DNA of 63,744 bases, counting the filler, from Craspedostauros australis (Eukaryota), in assembly GCA_030167865.1 (NCBI GenBank). It is 18 parts of 18 records of this genome, joined end to end, with 100 filler letters (N's around TTAATTAATTAA, not from the genome) between each part and the next. Parts side by side here need not be neighbours in the genome. Positions count along the whole stretch, not along the records: positions 36,987 to 38,240 come from JALAGF010001171.1; positions 38,341 to 39,432 come from JALAGF010001172.1; positions 39,533 to 62,600 come from JALAGF010001173.1; 15 more parts are not named here. The stretch is one strand, 5' to 3'. How positions within the stretch are numbered: position 1 is the first letter of the stretch; each line of letters starts with the position of its first letter. A program made the position numbers and the translations under genes. Positions 36,887-49,244 of this stretch are shown here, one piece after another. Under the pieces are notes generated by a model. It did no database searches, had not been told where the DNA came from, and saw only the letters and a list, made by a program, of their open reading frames with translations.

Positions 36887-38340
36887 NNNNNNNNNNNNNN
36901 NNNNNNNNNNNNNNNNNNNNNNNNNNNNNNTTAATTAATTAANNNNNNNNNNNNNNNNNNNNNNNNNNNNNNNNNNNNNNNNNNNNAGTCACGGCAAACC
37001 AACAGAAGAAAAAGTACTTTATCTTTACGACCAGGTAGTTTGCATTGTTTTCTGTCAATAGTCATAGGTCGTAGTGGTGGGCGACCCCTGTTTGCGCACG
37101 TCATTTCGGCGCAGAACGGGGGTTGCTCAGGAAGACCTGAACTGCGCACGTGTCAACGAACTGGGCGCTATCATACCGATACCAGAAAGGGGGATGCGCG
37201 CAAGATCTATCATCCACAACATCACAAGCAACATCGATTCCCAGACAGGTGTATCACCAGGCAACTACATTTGCGGTACGGCTGCGAATGACCACGAGCA
37301 GCACTCCTCTCTAACAACGCTGTACTCTAGACACGACCATTCGTATTCTGGTGAAACAGTAGGACGACAGTCATCTTACGAGACACCGCGATGAACACGA
37401 CAGCGGGCTGGTTCCTTCGCAATCACTTTTGTGTGCTTTGCAGTCCTCAGTCGCACAAGATGGTCCGTTCGCACGTGTTGTTGCCACCTGTTTACGCAGA
37501 CAACTGCGCCTCCGCAGATGATAGCACCCTGGCAGTCACAGTGACATTCCCCCAACCATTGATGCAATGGCTGTTGTGTGGTTCACTCAAACATCATACA
37601 AGCATTGTGCGGGTACGGTTTGACTTGACATTTCCTCNGTGTTGTGTCAAGACATTNTTGGTCCGGCAAAACCACGGTCCGATTGCATGACGTTTTGTGT
37701 TTCACTTGATTTGCTTGTGTTCGATGGATTCTGGCACAGCATCATTCTGCACAACCATTGGTGCGGTGGCAATGTGCGTTCCCTCAGACATAGTACAGTT
37801 GGCCACACAGAGAACTCCTATCAATCAACACATCGGATGATGAAGGTGCTGTTGATGTTGTGGTGGAAATCATGAAACACATTCTACTTTGGTTAGCAGT
37901 TCGAAACCAAGGATCTCCTCTCGAACAGATATTCATCGAACTTACTAACGGACATGATGTAGGACCAACATTGGATGACGCCGAAGTACACGATGTCCGA
38001 TATGCGCACAACTGCTAACTGAAGTACGATCATGTGAATCCGAAATCGAACAATACCGCATAATGTCCGCTATTCTGGGACACCCGGCAAGTCCATTGAA
38101 ACGTGCGTCGTTTGACTCATTTGACCAGAGAGATGAATCGAGACTGTTTAATCGAGTTAGTCTTGCCTACACAATCTGTGTCGTTGCATTCGCTGAAAAT
38201 GACCAGTACATGTCGTGTCGTTAAGTATCATATTTAACGANNNNNNNNNNNNNNNNNNNNNNNNNNNNNNNNNNNNNNNNNNNNTTAATTAATTAANNNN
38301 NNNNNNNNNNNNNNNNNNNNNNNNNNNNNNNNNNNNNNNN

Positions 38341-38723
38341 GCCTTGCGCCGATCGCTGAGCTTGTTCTTTCGGTTCAGCTTGCGCTGATTCGACACCCAG
38401 ATGCCCAGGCTGGGGTCCAGATCGAAATCCAGCGGCACCACGCAATGTCCTTCGCCATCATGGAACCGCCGCAATCGATCGAAGATGGCATCCCACTTGT
38501 CATCGGCGTTGGGGTCCTTGCCGGCAAGGTCGTAGCCGATGGATCGCAGCTGCTCCTTCTGATCGTCCGACAACGTCTTCCTTCTGCGCTGGCCTGCCGC
38601 CCACTTGGCCAGCATGCGCGTCTCGCCCGCGTAGGGAACGTCGCAGTGGCCATGGAATTTGACGAACGCCTTCAGGCGATCGAAGTTGCTCTGCCAAACA
38701 GAGGATGGTCGTCCGCCTGCCAT
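38341..38723 (-). CDS. Helicase-associated (HA) domain repeat protein, 3' truncated
   Basis: Two repeats W...FDRL..F...GHC.VP...L..W...QR, with ATG at 38723. Confidence 0.85.
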
Positions 38724-40448
38724 CGTCTGTGTATTCCATGACAATATATTATTCCTCCGTTCCGAAATGATTGCAACTTATCTGTTTTGCGGCATAGCTG
38801 CGCGACTGGATGGCGCACAGAGGAAAGAAACAGATTCCAAACAACAGAACATCGGCTCCAAACATGCGGAACCGAAAAAGATGAAATTCGGAACGAAGAT
38901 CATCGATCTTGACTCGTTCCACGACTAATACAAGTCGAGTGAGTCAATTTCATCCGGGATTCCTTGACACTTTTTTGCGAAGCGCCCAAACCCGGATGGC
39001 GTCATCCGATCGTCACTTCGATGACCCAATGGGCGCAAAATGCCACAAATCCGATGTCACAATCACTCAAGTGCGCTCAGGGTAGTTCCACTCACAAATT
39101 TGAGTTCCGTTGACAACGTGTGACACAAGATTGGTCCATAAATTGATCGTCGTGAGCGACATCGACACGACAAATTTGTTCTGTTCGTCCATAAAATTTG
39201 TGGTGATCGGACGTTTCCAAGTGAGCTGTTGGGGCGGCTCCCTCACAAAATCACGTATAAAATTGAGAAACCTTGGCACACAGAGTTCCAGCGAACGGCC
39301 ACAGAGACAGCACCATGCCAATACGAGTGCTCCACCACCGATCATGAACACATCCCCAACCTCGCATCAACCCCAGTTGCGACAAGAGGCGACCGAAAAT
39401 CCCACCCACACAAGAGGGAAGCGTTCACCGCANNNNNNNNNNNNNNNNNNNNNNNNNNNNNNNNNNNNNNNNNNNNTTAATTAATTAANNNNNNNNNNNN
39501 NNNNNNNNNNNNNNNNNNNNNNNNNNNNNNNNATGAATATGAGCTTAGTTTTTAAATCCGGGAAAAAAATATGGAATGTTGATTGCAAACAGTTGGTCGA
39601 CTCGCTGATCGGGCTCCTAGCAAAACGTGAACTCCATCCACTGTTCGTGAAGGACGCCCTTTTTGATTCCTTCGAATGCATGTCAAACAAGAATTCGAAA
39701 TCGATCTCATCGATTAGAAGAAGTTTACATATCTAAGATAGATAAAGGGCTTGTTCACATCCAAATGATTGGCGCCAAAATGACTCGACCGATCATTGTC
39801 GAATCAACAGACTGCAAATTGTGCACGAAAGCGACACGGAAACAACGCGAGAAACACAAGAGAGTCATTCGCCGCAAACTGCTCTTTCCGCCTCTCACAC
39901 ACGATCATCTCCGCATGTGGCGTCTCCATACTTGTGATGTCGTGTCCGCATCATGCTGCGTGTCTGATAGGCGTGTCACGAGCACTGATTCCCACCAAGG
40001 CGATTTCAACTTCCAGAGTGTTCGCCGATCGGTTTTGGGTCATGTTTGATGCTGATGTTTGATGTTTCAGAGTGTGCTGGTTGACATCCACGTACGTAGC
40101 TCGAACTTGCATGGTACGTAATCACACTTCGATGTGGGTACTGGTGTCCGTAGTTGCAGCCGCTTGCAATAGGATCTTTCGGAGTGCACGACTGCAGATA
40201 CATGTAGAGTACGAGCGACATGCAGATGTCCACATGTGGTTGATGTGAATGTCCATCATGCCAGGTTGATGTAAATGTCCATGTTGATGCTGACTGTGTG
40301 GTACTGGTCACCTCTTCTGCTCCGTCTCTCTCTCTCTCTCTTTTGCTTCTCCTCATAAAATCAAATTCATCTCATCAATCAACAGCCAGCAACAACAGAA
40401 ACAGATAACAACAACAACCGCCGCCAACGAACGCATTCATCACACACC

Positions 40449-41228
40449 ATGACTATCTCCGCAGCGACGACCACAGACACAACCACAACCACAGAGGCAA
40501 CCATGATGCCACCAACCACCACAACCACGACAGAAGAAGAGACAACGGCCGTTCTTCCGTTGGCACCGCTGAAGATTCAAACATCGCCGACGCAGTTCCT
40601 TGATGCCTTGAAGGAATCGGAACAGATCGCCGGCATTTTCCTGCGTCGGCAGTTCCTCAGCAGCCAGGAGGCCGACGCCGCATTCTCCGTCCTCAACGAC
40701 GACAAGCACTTCCCATGGGATCACAATCCCGTCCTCTTCGGCGAGGCCCTCACGCAGCACGCTTACTACTACGAGCGCAATGGCAACCCCAACGAGTACG
40801 CCGGCATCGACCTCATCGAATCTCTCTGCACGCGCATCGAAACACTCTACGACGGCAAGATCTCCGACGTCTTTTGCAATCGCTTTCACCACGTCAAGCA
40901 CAACATCGGCTGGCATCGCGACACGTACGGCGAGCACATCCTGGTGCTGTCGTTGGGATCGCGGCGCAACATCCAATTCCGCAAGCGTCAGCTCTTCGGA
41001 AAGCGCGAAGTTGTCACGGTGCGCCCCAACGCCGGAGATATATACTTCATGCCGCTGCAGCTGAACAAGACGCACATGCATCGCGTCTGCAAGGCCAATC
41101 CCATCGATCAAGATGACGGTCCGCGCATTTCTTTGGTCTTCTTCATCCAGGCGCCCAAGTACGCCAAGGAGTACAAGATCGGGCGCATGGATCGCGCGGT
41201 GGGGTGGTTCAACAGCATGTTGGAGTGA
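40449..41228 (+). CDS. AlkB-like 2OG-Fe(II) dioxygenase
   Basis: 259 aa with FCNRF, IGWHRD (HxD), LSLGSRR, HMHRV (distal H) and RISLVF. Thr-rich N-terminus, no signal peptide. Confidence 0.85.
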   Translation: MTISAATTTDTTTTTEATMMPPTTTTTTEEETTAVLPLAPLKIQTSPTQFLDALKESEQIAGIFLRRQFLSSQEADAAFSVLNDDKHFPWDHNPVLFGEALTQHAYYYERNGNPNEYAGIDLIESLCTRIETLYDGKISDVFCNRFHHVKHNIGWHRDTYGEHILVLSLGSRRNIQFRKRQLFGKREVVTVRPNAGDIYFMPLQLNKTHMHRVCKANPIDQDDGPRISLVFFIQAPKYAKEYKIGRMDRAVGWFNSMLE

Positions 41229-41447
41229 GTGGGCGGCGTGTGATTCAGCGCAACTGAATTGCATGCGTCAAATATAATAGATGGACACAGGCCCTTCACA
41301 TCAACAAGAATGTACCAAAGCGACATAGAGGCAACAGCAACGCTGATGTACATAATATACATACCATACTACCATTTAGATACATTGTAGTACAATATAA
41401 TTTACGTAGGTACCATGCATTTCCACTCAACAGTGTGCACACCAGGC

Positions 41448-43452
41448 TCAAAATTCCAGATCGTTCAAACATTGATGATCGCATCCTTCCGCCCAGATGT
41501 AGCATGTCCGTTTGCGGAATGGAATCGGATTGCCGCGGGCGTTGCACATCCCGTGCACGCGACCCTCGCACTGCTGCTGCGCAAGGACGAGCGCGGCCTG
41601 GAATTCTCGCATCTTGGCATCAAAGGCATCGCGGCCCAACGCATCGATGGTGCGATCCAGGCTGGCGTTGGCGGCCTGGAAGATGCGTTCGTCTTCGGCC
41701 GCCAGCTCTTTCCACTCCGGCGACGCAAAGTAATCCTGCATGCCGGGCGTCAAACTTGGCTTCAGGATGTACACGCATGGGCGGTCCACGGAAGGGCCGT
41801 TCGAGAAGGTTCCCGACGATCGGGCCTTGGTGTACAGGATTTCTTGCGTCGACAATCCAAATAACATCTGGAAGACCACCAACGATTCGTCCATGCGTTC
41901 CATCACGGCAATGAAATTGTAGTCCTGCAGCATATCCTGCACGATGACGTCAATCGATGTATCTCCGTAACGCTTGTATCGCTTGAATTTGCGTTGCAGC
42001 AGGTTGCGTGGCGATGCCATTTCAGTTTCCAGCTCTTGCGCGGATTCGTATCCCATCTTGGCGGCGAATTGCATCATGGTCGCTTGGTGTCTCGTCAATC
42101 GCGGAGGATTATCTTGATTCTTCTCTGTATCGTTTTCGTTTTCATGATCGCTGTCATGATGGTGATGATCGTGGTGGTGATGATGATGCTTGTGCTTTTG
42201 CTTTTGCTCCTTTCGGTACTTCTCCATGATCGGTCGTACGTTGGGCGGATAGGCGCGAGTGGGCAGATCGAGGATGTACGCCTCATTTGACATGGCGGCG
42301 CGGCAGTAGGCTATGAAGTTATCGTCAGTCGGCTCGACTTTGTTCACCGAAACCTGGAAGTGATAGAACATGGATGTCATACGCTTCGTTGGATCTCGCA
42401 CGAGGCTCAGAAGAAAGGACTGGGCAGGATCTCGCAGATCGTACTCCATCCCATCGGCTGCTCCATGCATGGTCCGATGCCTGCAGTATGGGTACTCTGT
42501 GGATGTTGGTGCTGCAGTTTGTGATGCGTTGGTCGGAGATGCCTCCAATCTTCGTGTTCGCAGGTATGTGCTATTCGCGTTCATTGCTGCGCCTGATAAT
42601 TCGTGCCGTGCCAATTGATTGCTGTCTGCATGATCAGCTTCGGGGATGCCAAGTATAGTTGATTCATGCTGTTGCTGACTCTGTTGCTGCTCATATCGAT
42701 TGTGCGCCAAACGCAGGATGATCCCGACCATCGTCGTACTGGTGCCAATGGTGTACGAGTAGAGTGACGTGAAAGGTGAACGAAGTTCATGTGCAAAACG
42801 AATTGAGTGTGAGAAAGGAGTACTCTGCATAACATCATGCAGAGTTGAGAGAGCGAGAGAGAGAGAGAGACTGCATGCGGCCGCGTGCACGCACCATGCC
42901 GTACACACGTGGCATACTAGAGCAGAGAAGAACAGAACAGAGGAGGTCTCACCTTCCAACCTTCGTGGGTCTTTGGAACAGAATTCCTTCATGTGCTGGC
43001 TTCACGGACCCAAGATCGTCATCACCTGGTAAGCATGGGAACGGATGTTCGAACGGCGTAAAGACTGTAGATGGCCCATCGTACTCGAATGTTGTTGTTG
43101 CTTCTGCTGCTGCTTCTGCTGCTACTTCTGCTGCTACTTCTGCTGCTACTTCTGCTACTTCTGCTACTGCTGTACTGATTAACTTGTTCCGATCTTCCAT
43201 GTGCGCAATGGATGCGTCACCTTCGATGGGATTCATGTGGAGCAATTTCAGGCTTCTCGTGGGAGGCGGCGCGATAATGGATTGGATGTGCAGATTCACC
43301 AGCATCATGAGCACGGTGGCATTGCAAAGAGCGAAGACAATCATATCGTTGCGCCGCCATGATCGCGATGTAAATGCAGAAAGACGGCTCTTCGTGGGCG
43401 CGTGCCTGTCAGCATGCTTGTGGTTGATACGCGACGGGAGTTCGAACTCCAT
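41448..43452 (-). CDS. Golgi-type sulfotransferase (Gal-3-O-sulfotransferase-like), 2 exons, 596 aa
   Basis: Exons 43452-42953 and 42738-41448 (AG|GTGAGA...CCAG|T) rebuild the PAPS loop QRPTKVGSTT. Also LVRDPTKR..S.FYHF, YNFIAVMERMDESLV and an N-terminal signal anchor. Confidence 0.82.
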
Positions 43453-45219
43453 GGTGGCACTGTTCCTGGTGAGATAGATGAGGAGATGGATAGTGGATGG
43501 ATACGCATGTACAATCGGTGGATGGATGAAGGGATGATTGCCGCTACCAAGAAATGCGCATGTGCATCTCGATCACTCTCCAGGCTGTTGGACGATGCAG
43601 CGCTTTTGTTGCACTTGCCAGCTCCGAAAGCATGGAGAACTGAGATGGAGCACATACGAGTATTCTGTGTAAATGTTGCTGTCGCGACTTCATGGCACCA
43701 TCCCTGCTCATCAATTGGCCACTTCGAACATTGCAGTTTACAAACAGCAGCAGAGCATGAACGTCTGCATCAGCAGCTGTCAGACATCCAAGGACAGGTA
43801 GGGAAGCATACCCGCATGATGTCCCGAAACAAAGCTGCATCCAACGGAAGCAAGGCCGAAAAATGTGAGCGGAGCGCCAGAAATATCAGAAACGAAAAGT
43901 TGTGCCGCATCACCGTTGGACATCATAGTCTAGTCTACCATGAAGCTAGATACGGTCTAAAAAAGTCCCGAAGTGAGATGAATCGCGCGGCAGTGGCGGA
44001 GCATCTGTAGAACAGAAGGCTTGCTTCCGCGGACATGGAGGTGCATGTGTAGGTTTTGTTCAGGTTGATGCTTTGCTTTGGCTATGGATGCTTAGCGTCG
44101 GCATCTGCTAAGATCTGCGTGCTGTATGCTCGCGAAGAAGTTCGAGTGCACTTGCGTCAAGGATACAGACTGACGTTGGTGTGATGTGATGTCCGGGCTG
44201 AGCAATGACACTTTCCGCAGGGAGGTTACCAACTGCAAGACAGAAGAAAACGAAGGAGACCGCAGAGGCAGATACGACCATCGACAAGAGAAAGCCCACG
44301 ATCGACGATTTCTCGATTGGACAGGACCTCACAACGTTGCAAGCTGGACCACTCCAACTGTGATTGCGAGCTATCCACACTGAACTCAGGCAGTTGAGGT
44401 TGCCGTGTTTCGTTTGGGGTCGTGTTTGTTGCTTTCCATTACCATCGGCAGTGTAGCGCATGGAATCGTGTCAATGTTGGGGTTCGGTTTGGCGCACTTC
44501 GCCTCCCTCCACCCAACGCAACGCAACACAAGCGACGATAGTGGATGATGTGAACAAGGCAGCTCAGGAAGTCGTAAATCGTGATTTTCGGTGATGGTTT
44601 TCTGTCCATCTTGGTGGCAAAACGGTGAGCACCGCGCTTTGTGTGACACGCCAGGCGGGTTGTAAATACATGTGCCTAACGGCGGAGTTTCCTGGTAGCG
44701 CGGTCTTTTTGTGTTCCTTTGCATTGGTTTGCAAGACATCCACGCCATGTGTGACATGGGCTGAACGCACACCTATCCTCATCGTGAAAATCAAGTTTGA
44801 GGTGACGTATATCAATGTTATCATGAGAATGTGTCCAATGGGACGCTTAGAATAATGTCTCTATTTTCATAGTGTAACGGTTGCGCGCTGTGACGAGGAA
44901 CACGATGACGCGGCCGTGCGTGATGATGCCACTCACACGATCGGAAACAATGCTGATGGTGAAAAACGGAAGGATCTGCCGCCAACGTGGGTTCCGTACA
45001 CGCAAAATGACACCAACACGCAACAAAAATGTGGAAACAATGCGATGCACAGCTCAGCTCTTTCCACCGATCAAGGCACAGATGCGTTGATGGGGCGCAT
45101 CCGACTTCCGCAAGGTCTTTGTCTCATAATCTGATCTTGGCTTCCAACTTCACACCGAAAGCCACTCAAGCCACTCAAGCCTCACAAGCAAGCAAGCTGA
45201 TCAGAAATCAAAAGACAGA

Positions 45220-46920
45220 ATGAACAAGCTGGCCTCCATCGTGGTGCTGCTCGCAGCAAGCACTGCAAGCGCCCAATACTTGAATCGTTTCAACTACGAT
45301 GAGACCGTGACGCGCGAAGACGGCTACAAAGACTACGAGCCGAAGGATTGGAAGAGCATCAGCTGCAACGAAGGCAGCAAACTGGACGAGTGCATCGGAT
45401 ACCCGGACAAGTGGAAGGAGGGACAGTGGTGGTCCATCAAGGAGAACTACTGCCGCTGGTGCCCCGCGGAGGGCAACTCGTGCGGACGCCACCACCAGTC
45501 CCCCATCAACGTGCAGCGTTACGAGAGTCTGTGGGGCAACCCAAGACACAAGGAATGCTACGACTGGCATTGGATGAAGTACATTGACTCGTCCTGCAGC
45601 ATCCAGGACCTGGAGCGCACCCGCTCCTTCACCGTCGAGCGCTTCGCTCTGCGCGTCAAGCAGCCCATCATCCACAGCAACGACGGCTTCAAGCTGGACT
45701 GCGTCAGGCCAGGCCTCGGCCGTCGCTTCGGCCGCATCGACTACAGCAAGGGATTCTCGCAGTGGTGGTTCCTCTCCCACATCGACATCAAGCTCCCCTC
45801 CGAGCACACCCAGGACGGCATCCGCTACGATGCCGAGATCCAGCTCTACCACTTCTACTCGCAGCCGCCGGAGGTCTCCAGCACCAACAACCAGATGGGA
45901 ACCGTCTCCATCTTCATGGACGTCTACAAAAATGCCCCACCGTACCGCGAGCTCGACCGCCTCATCTGCCAGTGGCGCAGAGAGGAGGAGCGCGTGCGCT
46001 CCGAGTGCGGACTGCCGCCCATCGAGCCAAACTACGGACCCTGCTTCCCCAACAAGCGCAGCAGCGGAGCCAGACGCAACATGCGCGGTGCCGACGCCGA
46101 CGCCGACGACATTGAGGTTGAGGAGGGCATCAAGACTGCCAAGACCAGCGACAGCACCCCGCACGGCCACGTGCACTTCGACACTGTCAACGACCTCCTC
46201 ATCTACAACCATCAGTACCACGACGAGCCAAACATCACCCAGGTCAAGCTCCACATGGACGACGGCAACTGGGACGAGGAAGAGGAGAAGGACTGGGATG
46301 CATACATCCAAGCTGCCTCTGACGAATTCAAGGCCTATGAACAGGACTACGCCGCATCCAAGGCCGAGCACGGCGAGGAGAAGACCATCGAGGAGATCGA
46401 CCACGACAACCGCCGCCGCCTCGTCGGTGGAGACGAGATCCAGTGGTTCAACTACTTCCCCATGCTCGGCGTCCGAACCGAGTACTACCACCGCATCTCC
46501 GGCACCCAGACCATCCCACCATGCTACGGAGTCTTCATCGGAAGCCGTAAGCAGACCAACCACTGGCGCATCCTCAAGGACCCAATCCGCATCCACGAGC
46601 GCCAGCTGGCCGAGATGCAGCGTCTCATCCGCGAGCGCGTCTCTCCAAAGGACTACATCGTTGAGCATCTGCAGTGCCAGCCGGACACCGCCGCCAAGGT
46701 CGACAGCGACGGCAAAGTCGACGTCACCCGTCCGCTCCAGGAGACCGACGTTATCAACTACGCACGATTCTGCGAGTGCTCCGACTGGGGTTCCAGATGG
46801 CCAGAGGACCGTGCCTGGTGCCGCGGAAACCGCAACAACTACACTCGCTTCTACGAGAACATTTACAACTTTGAGACCGACGATATCTTCGAGAAGCCAC
46901 CCAAGCCCCCGCAGTACTAA
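45220..46920 (+). CDS. Secreted alpha-carbonic-anhydrase-like protein (zinc ligands non-canonical)
   Basis: Signal peptide ending ASA|QY. HHQSPINV, LPSEHT, RYDAEIQLYH, YYHRISGTQTIPPC and TRPLQ match alpha-CA scaffold motifs. Confidence 0.85.
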   Translation: MNKLASIVVLLAASTASAQYLNRFNYDETVTREDGYKDYEPKDWKSISCNEGSKLDECIGYPDKWKEGQWWSIKENYCRWCPAEGNSCGRHHQSPINVQRYESLWGNPRHKECYDWHWMKYIDSSCSIQDLERTRSFTVERFALRVKQPIIHSNDGFKLDCVRPGLGRRFGRIDYSKGFSQWWFLSHIDIKLPSEHTQDGIRYDAEIQLYHFYSQPPEVSSTNNQMGTVSIFMDVYKNAPPYRELDRLICQWRREEERVRSECGLPPIEPNYGPCFPNKRSSGARRNMRGADADADDIEVEEGIKTAKTSDSTPHGHVHFDTVNDLLIYNHQYHDEPNITQVKLHMDDGNWDEEEEKDWDAYIQAASDEFKAYEQDYAASKAEHGEEKTIEEIDHDNRRRLVGGDEIQWFNYFPMLGVRTEYYHRISGTQTIPPCYGVFIGSRKQTNHWRILKDPIRIHERQLAEMQRLIRERVSPKDYIVEHLQCQPDTAAKVDSDGKVDVTRPLQETDVINYARFCECSDWGSRWPEDRAWCRGNRNNYTRFYENIYNFETDDIFEKPPKPPQY

Positions 46921-47836
46921 GCCGCTTTTCGCGCGCTCAATTACGAGTACTTCACATACCAGGGGACACTAAACTACACTACACACGCACGCATGCACAC
47001 GCACCACACACAGTGCGGCATGAGATCTGCTGCCGCCGATTGCGACGGATGGATGTTGCCACTTCTATTCTCGAGGCCACAAGCGTTGGTGGCCGACGAT
47101 TAGAACAGTACAGGCTTCTCCATCAAATACATACGCGTACATTGGCGCAACGTAAGAGCAACAGCAAACAACGAGCATGATCGTGCAAACAATCAAGAAA
47201 CGATATGTTTCAATCTAGGCTAATGCTGAGAGAGCCACCGACAAAATCATACTCTCACAAACCACATAAAATAACGCACATACAAACATTGAATCCATGT
47301 CCTCTTATCCACGCTTTCGGTGGTGTTTTGAGCATTCACCATGACCTTGGATCCACTTGCATCTTTGGGCTCATTTTGCACAAAGACCGCGCATGCGATT
47401 CATCAAGGCTCCAATACCCGCGCCATACATCTCAAAGAGCCACAGTAGGTGACTGTACGAGTGGCTCGTACGGATGCTCTCTTGCGACTGGTGGAGATTT
47501 GAGGTCTCGGCCACGACTTGGTGCGAACCTACAATGCGATTGACTATCCACACATCAGTGGAGTGGTCAGACACGCATGTCACAGAAACCATGATACCAC
47601 TCTGGCAGTAGGATGCTCGCACACCACCCGTGATGTGCCAATCGTGCTCACCGCAAACAACAAGGCGCGATTTCGCTCCGGCATTGCGCGGACAGCCAAT
47701 CTGCACGTGATTGGCGCCACACACTTGTCCAGACGAAAATCCACACTTGCGCAGCGACTCTTGGTTTTGTGTCATGAAAATCTATCTTGTCTATTGGTGT
47801 CGATTATATCGTAGTAAGCATTCCGCAGCGTGCAAC

Positions 47837-48212
47837 TCAAATCCCCATCATGTTCATCTCCACCACAGTCTCGTAACGGAACGTGTCCGGGTAGAACTGA
47901 TCCGGATCGTTCTGCGCGCGCTCTTTTCTCTGGTTCTTGGGTCTCGTCGTTGTCTTCTTGTTGTGGCTGTTATTGCTGAAGCCGAGGTTGTGCAGTTTGT
48001 CGCTGCGGAGTGGTGTGCGAGTCATGGGAAGCAATGCGATGTAAAGTGGCGCGATGTGAGAAATGAGCTGGCTTGGAATCATCGCGTGTGCATGAAAATG
48101 TGCGAGCGAGCGAATGAACTTACCCGAGGATGGAGGCGTTGGTTGTGGACACAAGGAGCGTCATCGCGAGCACCAGCAGCAGGGCGGTGTACGTTCTCGT
48201 CGTGTTCATCAT
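47837..48212 (-). CDS. Small secreted protein, 84 aa, 2 exons (not shown whole in ORF track)
   Basis: accATG at 48212. Exon 48212-48124 encodes a hydrophobic signal peptide. Intron 48123-48003 (GG|GTAAGT...CCGCAG|C) restores frame into exon 48002-47837 ending EMNMMGI*. Confidence 0.65.
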
Positions 48213-49244
48213 GGTGGTGTACTTGGGTGGTTGCTTTCTTGCTTTCGTTTGGATCAGCTGGTGTCGTGTTCGGTGTCTCTTGGTTGGGGTGGCTTGTGTT
48301 TGGCTTGGGTTGGCTTTGGCTTGGATTACTTTTTGTGGGGACATCGGTGTTTTGCCTCTCGAAACCTCCGTGATGCGGATCGTGCCGACCCACGACGTCG
48401 CCTTTTGTTGGTGGTGTCGTCGTCAACGCTGCTGTCGTGTTTCTCCCGTGCCAGCACAAGAGAAGCAAACCACGCTTTTCTTCGCTCGAATTCTTTCGTC
48501 GATTCCTGCGTCCCAATCAGAACACCGCTGCTTATCCGTTGGACAACGGCATTTGGCGAACGCCGGAGTTCTGATTGGTCAATTCTGATGTCGTTTCATG
48601 TCCTTGACACCTTCCTTTGACATTGAAATGACCCATCAATGACTGTCATGTCAAGGTTGAGAACCGTCAAGTCGATCCAAAGGACCACCCAGCCAACTTC
48701 GGTTCGGAATTGAATTGATGTCCCAAAACCGTCATTGGCTGATTCTGCACGGTGGAGATTCGACGTCGCAGTTTTTGTGTGTCACCAGAAAGGGCTGTTC
48801 GTCAACCGAAAGACACGATTGGGGATGGTACCTTGCCATCGCTGTTGGTGTTACGCGAGTACGACCTCCAAGTGTTGACATCATGTCCCACAACGTCTGC
48901 AGCGAGGAGCGTGGTGCAAGTACCATACAATACTACCCAATATATAATATAATACGAGCTACACCAACAGGTACGTCTCAAATGACATATTATAGTATTA
49001 TATGACCAGAGTGCAATAGGTTACGCTGAGCGCCGTGCTCTACTCTCGTTCGCCATCATGATATCTTCAATCTCTCATCTTTTTCTGTTCGTTTTCCTTG
49101 TTTTTCGTTTTTTGTTCCTTGGTTTGCTGTCCTCGTTCGTTGCTGATGGATCTGGTGCTCCCATCATGCCTCTCTTCTCTCGCTAATTCTCTTCAACGTG
49201 GGTTGTCACTTTGCGACCGCAGTCACGCTCCGTCTCACTCCTCT

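Noticed and set aside
36987..38240. PTEEKVLYLYDQVV at the contig start as a Crypton-like recombinase fragment
   Set aside because: Too short, followed by stops, and no downstream catalytic motifs could be reconstructed.
39344..39432. Possible gene start divergent from the HA-domain gene
   Set aside because: Only about 29 codons before the contig ends, which is not enough to support a call.
45220..46920. Calling the gene a delta-class carbonic anhydrase
   Set aside because: The visible motifs (QSPI, SEHT, PPC, RPLQ) belong to the alpha-CA scaffold.
45208..46972. Antisense 486-aa and +1-frame 462-aa ORFs over the CA-like gene (similar shadows over NTT, AlkB and peroxidase)
   Set aside because: Shadow ORFs caused by strong C/G third-position bias, with no motifs.
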